Origin: Basidiobolus meristosporus CBS 931.73
Lineage: Eukaryota > Fungi > Basidiobolomycota
NCBI GenBank assembly: GCA_002104905.1
Contig: MCFE01000292.1
Coordinates: 38,105-102,104 of the forward strand
Length of the DNA: 64,000 bases
Direction: 5' to 3'
The notes under the pieces are model-generated. The model was not told the origin of the DNA. It ran no database searches and was given only the letters and a program-made list of their open reading frames with translations. This document shows positions 50,000-62,400 of this stretch, one piece after another (within the stretch, counting starts at the first letter, position 1; each line of letters opens with the position of its first letter). The position numbers and the translations under genes are program-made.

Positions 50000-51600
50000 A
50001 TGTGGCTGGCAAAATATGATCCAGAGACTGTCCTGATTCCAGCATGTGTAAGCAGTTGCATGGCATTCACATCCAAAAATGCTACCATTGCAACGTGCCC
50101 AAATTGTCAGGAATCCATCACCATTGAGGGAAAACATTGCTCACACTCCAGATATATTCTGGTAATACCCCACCTGCAGATGCTGATGCAGTCCAACAAA
50201 TATTGCAAAGCTATACAGTACCACACTCAGTATCAATCAAGTGCAAACATATCCAATATATTCAATGGCAAACATTACAAATAGCTAAGAAGCAAGGGCT
50301 ACTCTGAAGGTATGTATGACCATGCCTTTACTTTAGCACTTGAAGGATTCTCATTAAACAAGTACTCTACCTGCAATTCCTGCTGGCCACTGATTCTCAT
50401 CTATCTGAATCTGCTACCCATCTTACAGTATCAGAGTAAAAATCTGATGGTAGTCTCACTGGTATCTGGGCCTAAATCCCCGTCTAACCTGGATAGCTAC
50501 CTGTATCCATTGCTGGATGAATTTTGTATGCTCTCCAGCAGGATTACAGTAAATGACCACCATGTAAAAGCGCACATTGTTATCTGCATTGGAGATGCCC
50601 CAGCCATCAGCAAGATAGCAGGTTTTTCCAGGCACAATGAATGGGATTGCTGTCAAATGCATGCAATCCAGGGGACTTATTCCATAACTCACACACATTA
50701 TTATTACCCAAGCACCAGCACTAAGAACATCATCTTTCCACATAGAGAACATACAGAAGTAAGCATGCAATTACAGCAAAGCTGGCAAGCTATAAATCAT
50801 TGGACAGAATATGGAATCAATCAGAAACCAGAGACACCTAAGATAGAGAGTATCTGTTGGAGCAAAAGCTTTTCCTGGGAGCAATGGATTTGCTTTTCAA
50901 CAATATCCCTATTCTCATGACCATGTTGTACATTGGGCATTTTGAGGTCAATGAGCCCTTCAAGATACCAGAGAAATGTGAAAGAATTGGCAAGATATTA
51001 CAGAGTATCCACTACCCTAGGTACTTCTCATGGGCTTCAATTAATACTCATACGCATATGCAACAATACAAATGCAAAGACTGCATGAACTGGATATGTA
51101 CTTATTCAAGTGGTGTTCCAAAGCCATTCCTATCAAGAGTACATTGGAAGCATTGGGAGTCATATGTGGACATTGAGGAATATTTATCCAGAAGCAGATC
51201 ACCAATGCCAACTTGACGCATCTACAGCTGTTGTGTGAGGAGTTTGTGATGGGATTTGAGTGGCTATACTACAAACATAAAACTGAATGTGTATATCTCT
51301 GCCACTACTGTATCCCTTCTCTACTCCTTCTTGCACAGTGTGTGGGGAATATTGAGCCTTGCTTCACCTTTTGGGAGCTTCCTATGGAGCAGATGTGTGG
51401 GGAGATAGCACAACAAGTCAAGGCGCAGGTACTACCATATCCCAATCTCATCAAGAATATTACCTTCAAGACCATCATGGATGTGATGAGTTGACACCTG
51501 GAAGACAGCCAGAAAGAGTTGCAAAACACTGAGGACAAATGTGCACATGGAGACACCTATGCCTACAGCATTAAGAAGCTAAGCAGCCCCAATGTGTGGG
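50000..51600 (+). pseudogene. CACTA/En-Spm (Transposase_21/tnp2-like) transposase remnant
   Basis: Motifs CVSSCMAF..CPNC, CWPLILIYLNL, GPKSPSNLDSYLYPLLDEF, GDAPAISKIAGF and FWELPMEQMCG, spread over several frames. Confidence 0.8.
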
Positions 51601-51829
51601 TAATCAGTTAAGTAATGCAAAGTTGGGTTGGGTGCAACAAGCAACTAATATCTATTAGGATAACTCTACCAAGGTATGCCAGATTTCTCATGGTTGCAAG
51701 CCAAGTTCTAAACCATTCAATATGGAATTCACACAAACAAATGTTAGAGCTCACCTATAAGCAGGACTAGAATCTAGAAGGGAGAAGGAATATATTGGCT
51801 AAGTACCAAGAAGTTCTTTGCAGATATTC

Positions 51830-52540
51830 AGGAGGTATTCATGGCAGATGTGGCAACAACCAAGCATATGTTTGCAAGATGTATATGTTACTAGCAGTAC
51901 AATGTATATGGCAACTTTGCAGGTATCACACTAAAAAGCCGTAAAGTTGAGGTGATAGAAGTGTGTCAAACGTGGCAGGTGTGCATGTTTGCAGAGGTTA
52001 GTAAGCAGGAGGCCATACTTTTTTTGATTTGAACTATATCTGGAATACCCAAGGTAGTAGTGGGTAAGAAAATAAAGAGGGGTGATTCTACAGTAGAATA
52101 TATGAAGTGCATAAGGGGAGGTAGAGAAAGCAAATACCATTTGGTGAATTGGTAAGGTAGCATTATACAGAGCCAGCAGTAGGCCATCATTCTGCCAATA
52201 TAATGCTATCAGAGTCTTGCTGTGACGCCGTCAAAATACCATCAAGTTTCTTGCCATATAAGGCAATTGGATGTCCTGGCTAACTGGATCCACTCAATAG
52301 TTTTAGATTGCCAAAAGACTGCAACCATACCATGCAAATATTTTCACAGCACCAATAAAAAATTGTTAAGCTTTATCCCTTTATTTGGTTGCAATATTAG
52401 CAAAACTCCATCATGATCCCATTGTAAGATTGTTAGGAGGGTCACTAATTCCAAGCTGCTGGTATTATGACTGTCTCTAAACAGGATCCTGATGGCTGAT
52501 ATGGATTGGATTCACCCATGGGACCAAATAATTTTTCATA
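51830..52540 (+). repeat. Degenerate repeat B (copies at ~54290-54930 and inverted at ~35340-35660)
   Basis: Shared strings such as CAACCAAGCATATGTTTGCAAGA and GAGGGTCA.TAATTCCAAGCTG. Confidence 0.7.
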
Positions 52541-52543
52541 GGT

Positions 52544-52799
52544 ATCTGGTACTCAATACCCGTAGCACTCTGAGTCTAGATCCTTTGGCTTGTATCATGT
52601 CACAAAAATGCATGGCACTATATAGATCTACTGGTACAATCTGGCACTATATTTGAATATTATCATCAAAGTAAAACTCATACAATGCACTTATAGTGCT
52701 AGATAGTAACAGTATATCAAGATGGTGCCATGCATTTTTGTGACATGATACTAGCCAAAGGATCTAGACTCAGAGTGGCATGGGTATTGAGTACCAGAT
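52544..52799. repeat. Fold-back/MITE-like inverted repeat: 75-bp arms, 106-bp spacer
   Basis: 52544-52618 versus the reverse complement of 52725-52799: 4 mismatches. Confidence 0.9.
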
Positions 52800-55479
52800 G
52801 CATGTCTTCAGTTCTTCTGTGATCTTACACATCCTGCACAACATATGATCCAAAAAAAAGTCAACAAAAGGATTTTCCCTAGCACAATGAGTGAAGCACA
52901 GGGGCTGCTTTGCATGAAGATGAAGAGCTATGTTTCACACTCTATGGCAGAAATTTGGTCTGCTATGCCTCTCTGGCACACAATGGCACTATCTGGCACT
53001 CATAGCTCAATGTGGCACTCAACAACAGAACAAGTCTATTGGCTACATATGGAGAAGTGCTGTTGTATTGTATTCTGGTTAGTTTGGGGCTTGTTCTACA
53101 ATATAAAGATTGATCAACAATTTACAACAACCTCCAGTATGTTAATACTGAAATAGTTTATTGGGAGTTTATTATTCCAATAGAAGATATAGCTTTAACT
53201 AATATGCACAGTCTTAGGCTCAAAATATACTACAGGCAGTGTTTCTTACTTCTACAGCAGTGTTCTGACCTTCTGTTGACTATTGGGCTTATTTAGCTTT
53301 ATAGTAGCTCATTCTTATTTGGAAGTCTCTATTGTTTCCAAGAAAATATTTCCTAACATGGAGAATCCAAACTCCTGGTTAACCCAAAGGGGTATGGTGT
53401 AGGAGTCTCTAGAGGGATCTCTTGACCTAAAGGAGTGACTTAATGGGTGCCTTTAGAGTAAAGAGGCTGCATATAGTGGTCTCTGATGTGGACTTTGCAC
53501 TAAAGGGTGCTTAAAGGTGTTTATTTAGAGTAAAGGGGTTTCTTAAAGGGTCTCTAAAGTGGTGTCTAAAAGGGTGTTGTCAGAGTAAAAGGGTTTCTTA
53601 GAGGGGACTTTTCCAACAGAAAAGTGGTAGTGATCTTGTAGAAGTTGGATTGGATTCTTGTGAGCTTTGCAGTCTCTTTGATGATGTAGTACCAATCTAA
53701 GTCAGAATACTATACAGTGCAAGTGATGTTAGGGAAGTCTTATAACCATTAAACTTGTAATTGTAGTGCAGAGACTTGGGAAAGAGAGGCTGTCCTTTAT
53801 TTTTCAGCTGGGGAAGTTATATATATGAAAACTCTGAAGGATCAAATTTTTTGTGCGTTTTAATAAGCAATACATGTGGTACAAAGCTAATATTATGCAG
53901 TAGCACAGATTGGATATGGGCGCAGTACCTGTGAGCATATTAAGTGATTTGTTTGGCTGGTTCAAAAGCTACATGCAACTGCAGCCACCATAGTGATCAG
54001 CAATAGAGGCCTTGTATAAATAGTTATTGGACTCATTTGCTCATAACTCCGTAAGTACTGCTTCTAATGAGTTGTATCTTAAAATATGTGTTGGCTACTG
54101 AGCATTGTGCATGACATAATACTCTTGAGTGGATTACTAGTCAGGGTCTGGGGCTTTTGCTCTTAAGAGTTGGAATTTCTTGATCAATCATTTGTAGGCT
54201 ACAATAGCAAAAGCAAAATGAAGAAATGAGTGCAATATTGCTTTTCAGATATTGTAGAAATGTAATACTTTCTCTTACCGCAGCTCTTTGCAAATATTTA
54301 GGAGGCATTTATGGCAAAAGTGGTGGCAACCAAGCATATGTTTGCAAGACGTATATGTTACCAGCAATACAAGGTATATGCCAACTGTACAAGTATCACA
54401 TCAAAAAGTCATAAAGTTGATGCAATAGAAGTGTGTCAATTTAAGTCAGTGTGCATGTGTAGAGGCTAGTAAGCTGAAAGCCATAGCTTTTTCTATTTGA
54501 ACTATATGTGGAATACCCACAGTAGCAATGGGTAAGCAAATAAAGAGGGGGGCTTCAACAATGGAATATATGAATGGCACAAGGGGATGTAGAAAAAGAA
54601 AATTCCATTTGGTAAATTGGTACAGTAGCATTGAACAGAGCTAGCTGTAGGCTGCCATACTCCCAGTCTAATGCCTGCTAAAGTTAATAATAAGGCTATC
54701 AGTACACCATAAGGTATCTTGCCATATGAGGCAATTGGATGTATTGGCTAGCTATGCTCACTCATATAAGTGTAGAGCGCATTAAGCCCATTGGAATGCC
54801 ATAAAGTTCTGCTCAAAAGACTGCTAAAACACCATCAGGTTTTATACTTTATTTGGCAGCAAAATCAGCAAAATGCTGTTACAGTCCCATCATAAGATTG
54901 TGTGGAGGGTCAATAATTCCAAGCTGTTGATGAACAACAGGTAGAAAGTTTAATGATTTGTTGCTTTCTTGAATCCCATGACATTACTCCATTATAGCCA
55001 AGAAAGGTGTATTTGTGATTGATCTTCTGCATATACGTTTAGTTGCTAATCAGCTCTAGAGTATTGCACAAGATCCTGTTTAAATTATTTTTAGGTGTTC
55101 CTTAAGCATATCAGTAGTCCCTTTCAGATATCTGGTAATCCACTCAATGACTGTAATATTATGAGATTTATAGTCCTGATAATGCTGGCTAGCCCTATGA
55201 AAGCTTATTTTGATGATCCCATCAAAAGGCCATTATAAATTCTGGGTTCTGTGACTAAGCAGTGTTGACCCCATCAGGACAGTGTGTAAAGACAATAAAA
55301 TGATGATTGCACTCCAGATTTTGCTAAATACTTTGTCAAATTCTTCAACACAACAATACAAAAGCAGCTTTTGAATGGTCCTCTGCCAATTCTCACTTTC
55401 TAATCCCAAAGACTCTATCACCTCCTACACTTGTGTGCATTGATTGACTATTGCCTCTTTTTCATACTCCTCACTTACT

Positions 55480-58400
55480 GCCTCAACTATTTCTCTTACT
55501 TCTCATACATACAAATTGATCTAATTCTGTTGAAACTTCAGTTGTACCTCAATTTCAAAATGTATTGACCTATAGAAGCCCCTATACCCTACACTAGCAT
55601 TAAGCCTAACCCTACACTCAACAAGTAACTCCATTAAAATTCACCACTCAATGAGTACTTCTGCTAAAACATGCTGGTTCCTTGACTTTGGCAGGAACCC
55701 AACAGCTTTATGCCACTGTTTGTTCACTGGTTCCCACACATCCTGGTCTTCAGCCAGCACTACAAGGTCTAGCCCTCATCTGCTGGTACAATAAATCCTT
55801 GCAATATTCAAGTGCGCTTTCTTGAGCACAGCTCTTGAAGAAGTTCTACAGCATCTTGGTGTGCCTATTAATGTTCCAAAACTTCATTGAAAGCATTGTG
55901 ACAATATTTCAAGCTCTTGACATTGTAGCCTTGTCTGCCAGTGGGTTCTCCACACTGTCATCAATGCAGAATGTGGAGGCTGTGGTTGACAAACTGCCTT
56001 TTTCTGCAAACTCATCTACCTTGCTAGAGTGTAGCTCAACTGGCTGCGCTTCCAACTCTTGCAAAAACAGCTGTTTTTGGGTTGGTAGCTCTTCTTGGGT
56101 ATGATGGGATTGAGTCTGCTTTGAGATTGCAGCATTAATTGGCAAGAACTGCAGTTTTTTTTGAATGCCTTCCTGTCTCAGGCTTGGGTAGACATTTTTC
56201 CCTTTACCTTTTGCTTTATCACTGCCAGGTCTTGTTGAAATATTGGACTATTTGGTACCATTCAGCAGCTAAAAATTTACTTAACAATTCTAGACTAGTC
56301 TTAGTTGCTGTAGGACTCATTTATTGCCTTAACTTTGCCACTTTCTCCATATATATGATCTTACAATTACTCCCCTATAGTCATGATTAAATTAGCACTA
56401 TTACCAAACATTATGTACTAACCCTGAAATTGTTACAGAATGCTTCTGAATATTGAGAAACCCTCCCTACTTAGTGTTACAGCTGAATTACTTCTACAAA
56501 AGTATAAATACTGAGCTTCTTTATGAATAAACAACAGTTCAACTATTATCACTATTTCTTGATAAGTTCCTTATATCCAAATCACTTCTTAAATTGCAAC
56601 AGGTTATGAGCCACAATTGCCTTAATCAATTCTAAAGATGACTTCTACCAGCAAACAGAGCAATACCAACATCTTCCCTTTAAAGGAGAGGTTTGATGGG
56701 AAGAACTACAAACTTTGGAGAATCAAGATGCAGATCCCTCTTGAGGAAAGAAAACTTTGGAACATAGTAAGAGGAAAGGAAGTTGAGCCCAAAGGAACAG
56801 CAGAAGATGTGGAGAAGTTTCAAGAGAAGGAGAGAAAGGCCTTCAATGCCATATGCATCAATGTGCAAGACTCCTTCATTGGACAAATCCATGCCTCAAA
56901 TACTGCCAAAGCAGCATGGGAATTCTTAGAGAAGATCTTCAGAGCAAAGTCAGTATCAAGCAAGCTTTATTTGAAACAAAAGTTCTTCAACATGAGAAAG
57001 AAGCCAGACAATGACATGCTACAACTCATTATCAGAATGGAGACACTTGCAGAAGAACTTTACAGTATTAATGCTGGTGTAGATGATGAAGAAAAGATAC
57101 TCACTCTGCTTTGCAGCCTACCAGACAAGTATGAGCCACTCATACTTTCTTTTGAGAGCAGAGAAGACAACTTGACTTTAGACTATGTCAAAGGAAGGCT
57201 TCTCCATGAAGAACTCAGACGTAATGATCAAGCAGAGAAAATTGAAGATAATGCTTTATTCAGTTCAGAAAGGCACACAGAAAAGAAGGGAAAGCAACAA
57301 AACCAAAGAAAACCTGGCTGCTGTATCTACTGTAAAAAGCCAGGACACTGGGCAAGAGAATGCAAGAAGAAAGAAGCAGACAAAAAACAGAAACTAGAGC
57401 AGGCAAACCATATAACTACTGATGAACAGTTATTTGTAACTGTACAAGAGAGTGCAAGTAACCAAAGTAATGAATGGTATATTGACTCTGGAGCATCACA
57501 GCATATTTGTGGCAAAAGGATTGGTTCAGCATCTTAAAGACTATTCCCGTAAGAAAGGTTTATCTGGGAGATAACTCTGCATTGGAAGCTACCGCCAGTG
57601 GGTCTATACAACTAAATATGAGTGATAACTCAGGGGCAACAACAGCAAAACTGACTGACGTACTCTATGTACCTGGAATAGCTAAGAACCTACTCTCAGT
57701 CAGTAAAGCAACTACTCAGGGATTGAAATTTGTTTTTACTAAGCTGAGCTGCTCAATATTGAGTGAAAATGGACAAAAATTAGCTTTGGGAATCAGAGAT
57801 CACAATATATACAAGTTACAATGCAAGATCATTGTACCTGAGTATGTCAACATTGCTGAAACTGATGAAACCAACTGGGAGACATGGCATAGGAGGCTAG
57901 GACACATAGGGGAACAGAAAATGAGTCAATTGGTGAAAAATCAACTAGTTTTGGGCCTAAATTACACAACTCCAATCAAAATGAATGTCTGTAAGGGATG
58001 TTCATATGGCAAACAAGCTAGGCTTGGGTAGACATTTTTCCCTTCACCTTTTGCTTTATCACCGCCAGGTCTTGTTGAAATATTGGACTATTTGGTACCA
58101 TTCAGCAGCTAAAAATTTACTTAACAATTCTAGACTAGTCTTAGTCACTGTAGGACTCATTTACTGCCTTAACTTTACCACTTTCTCCAGATATATTATC
58201 TTATGATTATTCCCCCCTAGTTAGGATCAAATTAGCACTATTGCCAAACATTATGTACTAACCCTAAAACTGTTACAGAATGCTCCTGAATATTGAGAAA
58301 CCCCCCCTACTTAGTATTACAGCTGTATTACTTCTACAAAGGTATAAATACTGAGCTTCTTTATGAATAAACAACAGTTCAGCTATTATCACTATTTCTT

Positions 58401-59435
58401 GATAAGTCCCATATATCCAAATCACTTCTTAAATTGCAACAGGTCTTTCACTGCTACTTTGTCTGAGTGCTACTTGTAATGAACTATGTTTTCCCCCTGA
58501 CAGGTGCTACTCTGAATCATCTGTTTGGCCTACTTGTCCCTTGCTGGCACTCTTCTGGCAACCTGACGTTTCTTTTCTGCTTGTTTAGAGCTCTCAACCA
58601 TACTTGGTACAGGCTCCTGTAGAAGCCACTGGTTTTTATCATTGCCAGGTCCTTGACTGCTACTTTGATTGAGTGCTTCTTGAGTGGTACTATGCTTTTT
58701 CCTTGATTAATGTTGTGCTGGTGCATCTGTGTCTGCCTGCTTATCCCTAATAGGCTCTCTTCCAGCTACCTGACATCTCTTTGATGATAATCTGGAGCTT
58801 TTGGCCCTGCTTGTAACAGGCTCTTAAGGAAGCCACTGGCTTTTAGCCATGGCACCCTTGTTCTTCTGCCCTTGATAGTTTTTGCTATTCTTAAGATACT
58901 TTCTTAGCATACCAATGCAGGCACAAAATCCATTTGCCTGTTTGAGTCTGGGATAATGCTCATGGAACAAGTCAAGTGCATTATGATTGGCCTTGAGTTT
59001 CTGCTGGTCCCATGGTATGCTGGACTTAAGATGATGGTGTGCTAGACTTCTGGCAGCCTCTTAAATATTAGCCCACTCTTCATTATTGTACTCAATGGCT
59101 TCATGGATCTTCATTGACTTTTGATATTTAGGCTTGATATAAACACCACATTGTCTCCCTCCCATGCTGTGATATGTTTTTCTGTTGACTTTACCTTTTG
59201 GCACTGTTGTTGTACTTCAAAAACAGTATGGTGCTCCTCTGCTGTTACATTTTGAAATGGCTCAATTCTTGGCTGTAGCATTGAGCTACTTGAGTATCTT
59301 CTTTGCAACAAAGATACTGCTTTCTCTACCTGGGATATTGATTGCTCTACTCCTTTGATCTGCCCATCCTGTTTCTGGACTATTTCCTGATTTCTCTGGG
59401 CCATTGCATTTATCCTATCAGCAACTGCACCTAAT
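55480..59435 (-). mobile_element. Unclassified repeat family A, copy 4 (host of both Copia insertions)
   Basis: Homologous to 47740-49310 (inverted); interrupted at GGTCT (56228) and at CTAAT (59431). Confidence 0.7.
56233..58441 (+). mobile_element. Rearranged Copia: LTR (56233-56601), PBS, gag-protease-partial integrase (frameshift ~57510), a 50-bp copy of the upstream flank, then LTR (58073-58441)
   Basis: TSD GGTCT at 56228-56232, 58068-58072 and 58442-58446; same family as the element at 59436; junction microhomology AGGC at ~58020. Confidence 0.9.
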
Positions 59436-62400
59436 TGTTGAAATATTGGACTATTTGGTATCATTCAGCAGCTAAAAATTTACTTAACAATTCTAGGCTA
59501 GTCTTAGTCACTGTAGGACTCATTTACTGCCTTTACTTTGCCACTTTCTCCAGATATATGATCTTATGATTATTCCCCTATAGTCAGGATCAAATTAGCA
59601 CTATTACCAAACATTATGTACTAACCCTGAAACTGTTACAGAATGCTCCTGAATATTGAGAAACCCTCCCTACTTAGTGTTGCAGCTGTATTACTTCTAC
59701 AAAGGTATAAATACTGAGCTTCTTTATGAATAAACAACAGTTCAACTATTATCACTATTTCTTGATAAGTTCCTTATATCCAAATCACTTCTTAAATTGC
59801 AACAGGTTATGAGCCCCGATTGCCTTAACCTATTCTAAAGATGACTTCTACCAGCAAACAAAGCAATACCAACATCTTCCCTGTAAAGGAGAGGTTTGAT
59901 GGGAAGAACTACAGACTTTGGAGAATCAAGATGCAGATCCACCTTGAGGAAAGAAAGCTTTGGAATATAGTAACAGGAAAGGAAGTTGAGCCCAAAGGAA
60001 CAGCAGAAGATGTGGAGAAGTTTCAAGAGAAGGAGAGAAAGGCCTTCAATGCCATATGCATCAATGTGCAAGACTCCTTCATTGGACAAATCCATGCCTC
60101 AAATACTGCCAAAGCAGCATGGGAATCCTTGGAGAAGATCTTTAGAGCAAAGTCAGTATCAAGCAAGCTTTATTTGAAACGAAAGTTCTTCAACATGAGA
60201 AAAAAGCCAGATGATGACATGCTACAACTCATTACCAGAATGGAGACACTTGCAGAAGAACTTTACAGTATTAATGCTGGTGTAGATGATGAAGAAAAGA
60301 TACTCTGTCTGCTTTGCAGCCTACCAGACGAGTATGAGCCACTCATACTTTCTTTTGAAAGCAGAGAAGACAACTTGACTTTAGACTATGTCAAAGGAAG
60401 ACTTCTCCATGAAGAACTCAGACGTAATGACCAAGCAGAGAAAATTGAAGATAATGCTTTATTCAGTTCAGAAAGGCATACAGAAAAGAAGGGAAAGCAA
60501 CAAAACCGAAGAAAACCTGGCTGCTGTAACTACTGTAAGAAGCCAGGACACTGGGCAAGAGAATGCAAGAAGAAACAAGCAGACGAAAAACAGAAACTAG
60601 AGCAGGCAAACCATATAACTACTGATGAACAGCTATTTGTCACTGTACAAGAGAGTGCAAGTAACCGAAGTAATGAATGGTATATTGACTCTGGAGCATC
60701 ACAGCATATTTGTGGTATAAAGGATTGGTTCAGCAACTTAAAGACTATTCCCGTAAGAAAGGTTTATCTGGGAGATAACTCTGCATTGGAAGCTACCGCC
60801 AGTGGGTCCATACAACTAAATATGAGTGATAACTCAGGGGCAACAACAGCAAAACTGACTGACGTACTCTATGTACCTGGAATAGCTAAGAACCTACTCT
60901 CAGTCAGTAAAGCAACTACTCAGGGACTGAAATTTGTTTTTACTAAGCTGAGCTGCTCAATATTGAGTGAAAATGGACAAAAATTAGCTTCGGGAATCAG
61001 AGATCACAATATATACAAGTTACAATGCAAGATCATTGTACCTGAGTATGTCAACATTGCTGAAACCGATGAAACCAACTGGGAGACGTGGCATAGGAGG
61101 CTAGGACACATAGGGGAACAGAAAATGAGCCAATTGGTGAAAAATCAGCTTGTTTTGGGCCTAAAATACTCAATTCCGATCAAATTGAATGTTTGTAAAG
61201 GATGTTCATATGGCAAACAAGCTAGGCAACGTTTCAAGAGCTCAGAAGGCATCAATACCACCGAAATATTGGCTATTGTACACTCAGACATATGTGGCCC
61301 CATGAGAACACTGTCCTTTGGAGCCAAGAGATACTTTATGACGTTTATTGATGACAAGACAAGATATACATGGGTGTACTTCCTCAAAACAAAGGATGAA
61401 GCTTTAGAGACGTTTAAGCACTTCAAGAACATGGCAGAAACACAAACTGGGTGTAAATTGAAGGTACTACGAAGTGACAATGGAGGAGAATACTGCTCAA
61501 AGGAGTTTGCAAAATACTGCTTGTCTACTGGTATACTTCAACAGACCACAGTTCCTCATACTCCACAGCAAAATGGAGTAGCAGAACGTGCAAACAGAAC
61601 AATAGTAGAGATGGGAAGATCTATGCTACATGATAAGGGAATGGACTACAAGTTTTGGGCTGAATCTGTTGCTACCGCTGTATACATCAAGAACAGATGC
61701 CCAACAACAGCACTACGTGATTCTACACCCTTTGAAGCATATACAGGCAAAAAACCAGATCTCCAGCACCTCAGGATCTTTGGCAGTGATGTTTTTTATC
61801 ACATCCCTGACAAAAAACGCTCAAAGTTGGAACCAAAGAGTAGAAAAGGGATCTTTCTTGGGTATTGTGAAGGTACTAAAGGGTATAGAGTGTATGATGG
61901 CGAAATTCAGAAGCTGATCAAGAGCAGGGACGTTGTATTTGAGGAGAATTCAGATCAGAAAGCCACAGAAATCATTGGCCAGCTGCCTGATGATGCAATC
62001 AACACAAATGAAGAAGATACGTACCAAATCCAGCCAGAGATGGAAGATACTTCTACCAGTTCCAGATCAGAACAGATTATCCCAGTTAGGAGATCTACCA
62101 GAATAAGAAATGCCCCTGGATCCTGGTGGCAGACATCCAATGATCATGAAGAAGCTTATCTTGCCTTATGTGCCGAACCTCAGAATCTGGAACAGGCAAT
62201 GCAAGGTCCAGATGCTACTAAGTGGCAACAAGCCATGCAGGAGGAGTACCAATCACTGATCAAGGCAAAAACGTGGGAACTGGTAGATTTACCAAATGGG
62301 AGAAAGCCAATAGGATGTAGATGGGTCTATAAGATCAAGATAACCTCAAATGGTGCCGTTGATAAGTACAAGGCTAGATTGGTAGCTAAAGGCTATTCCC

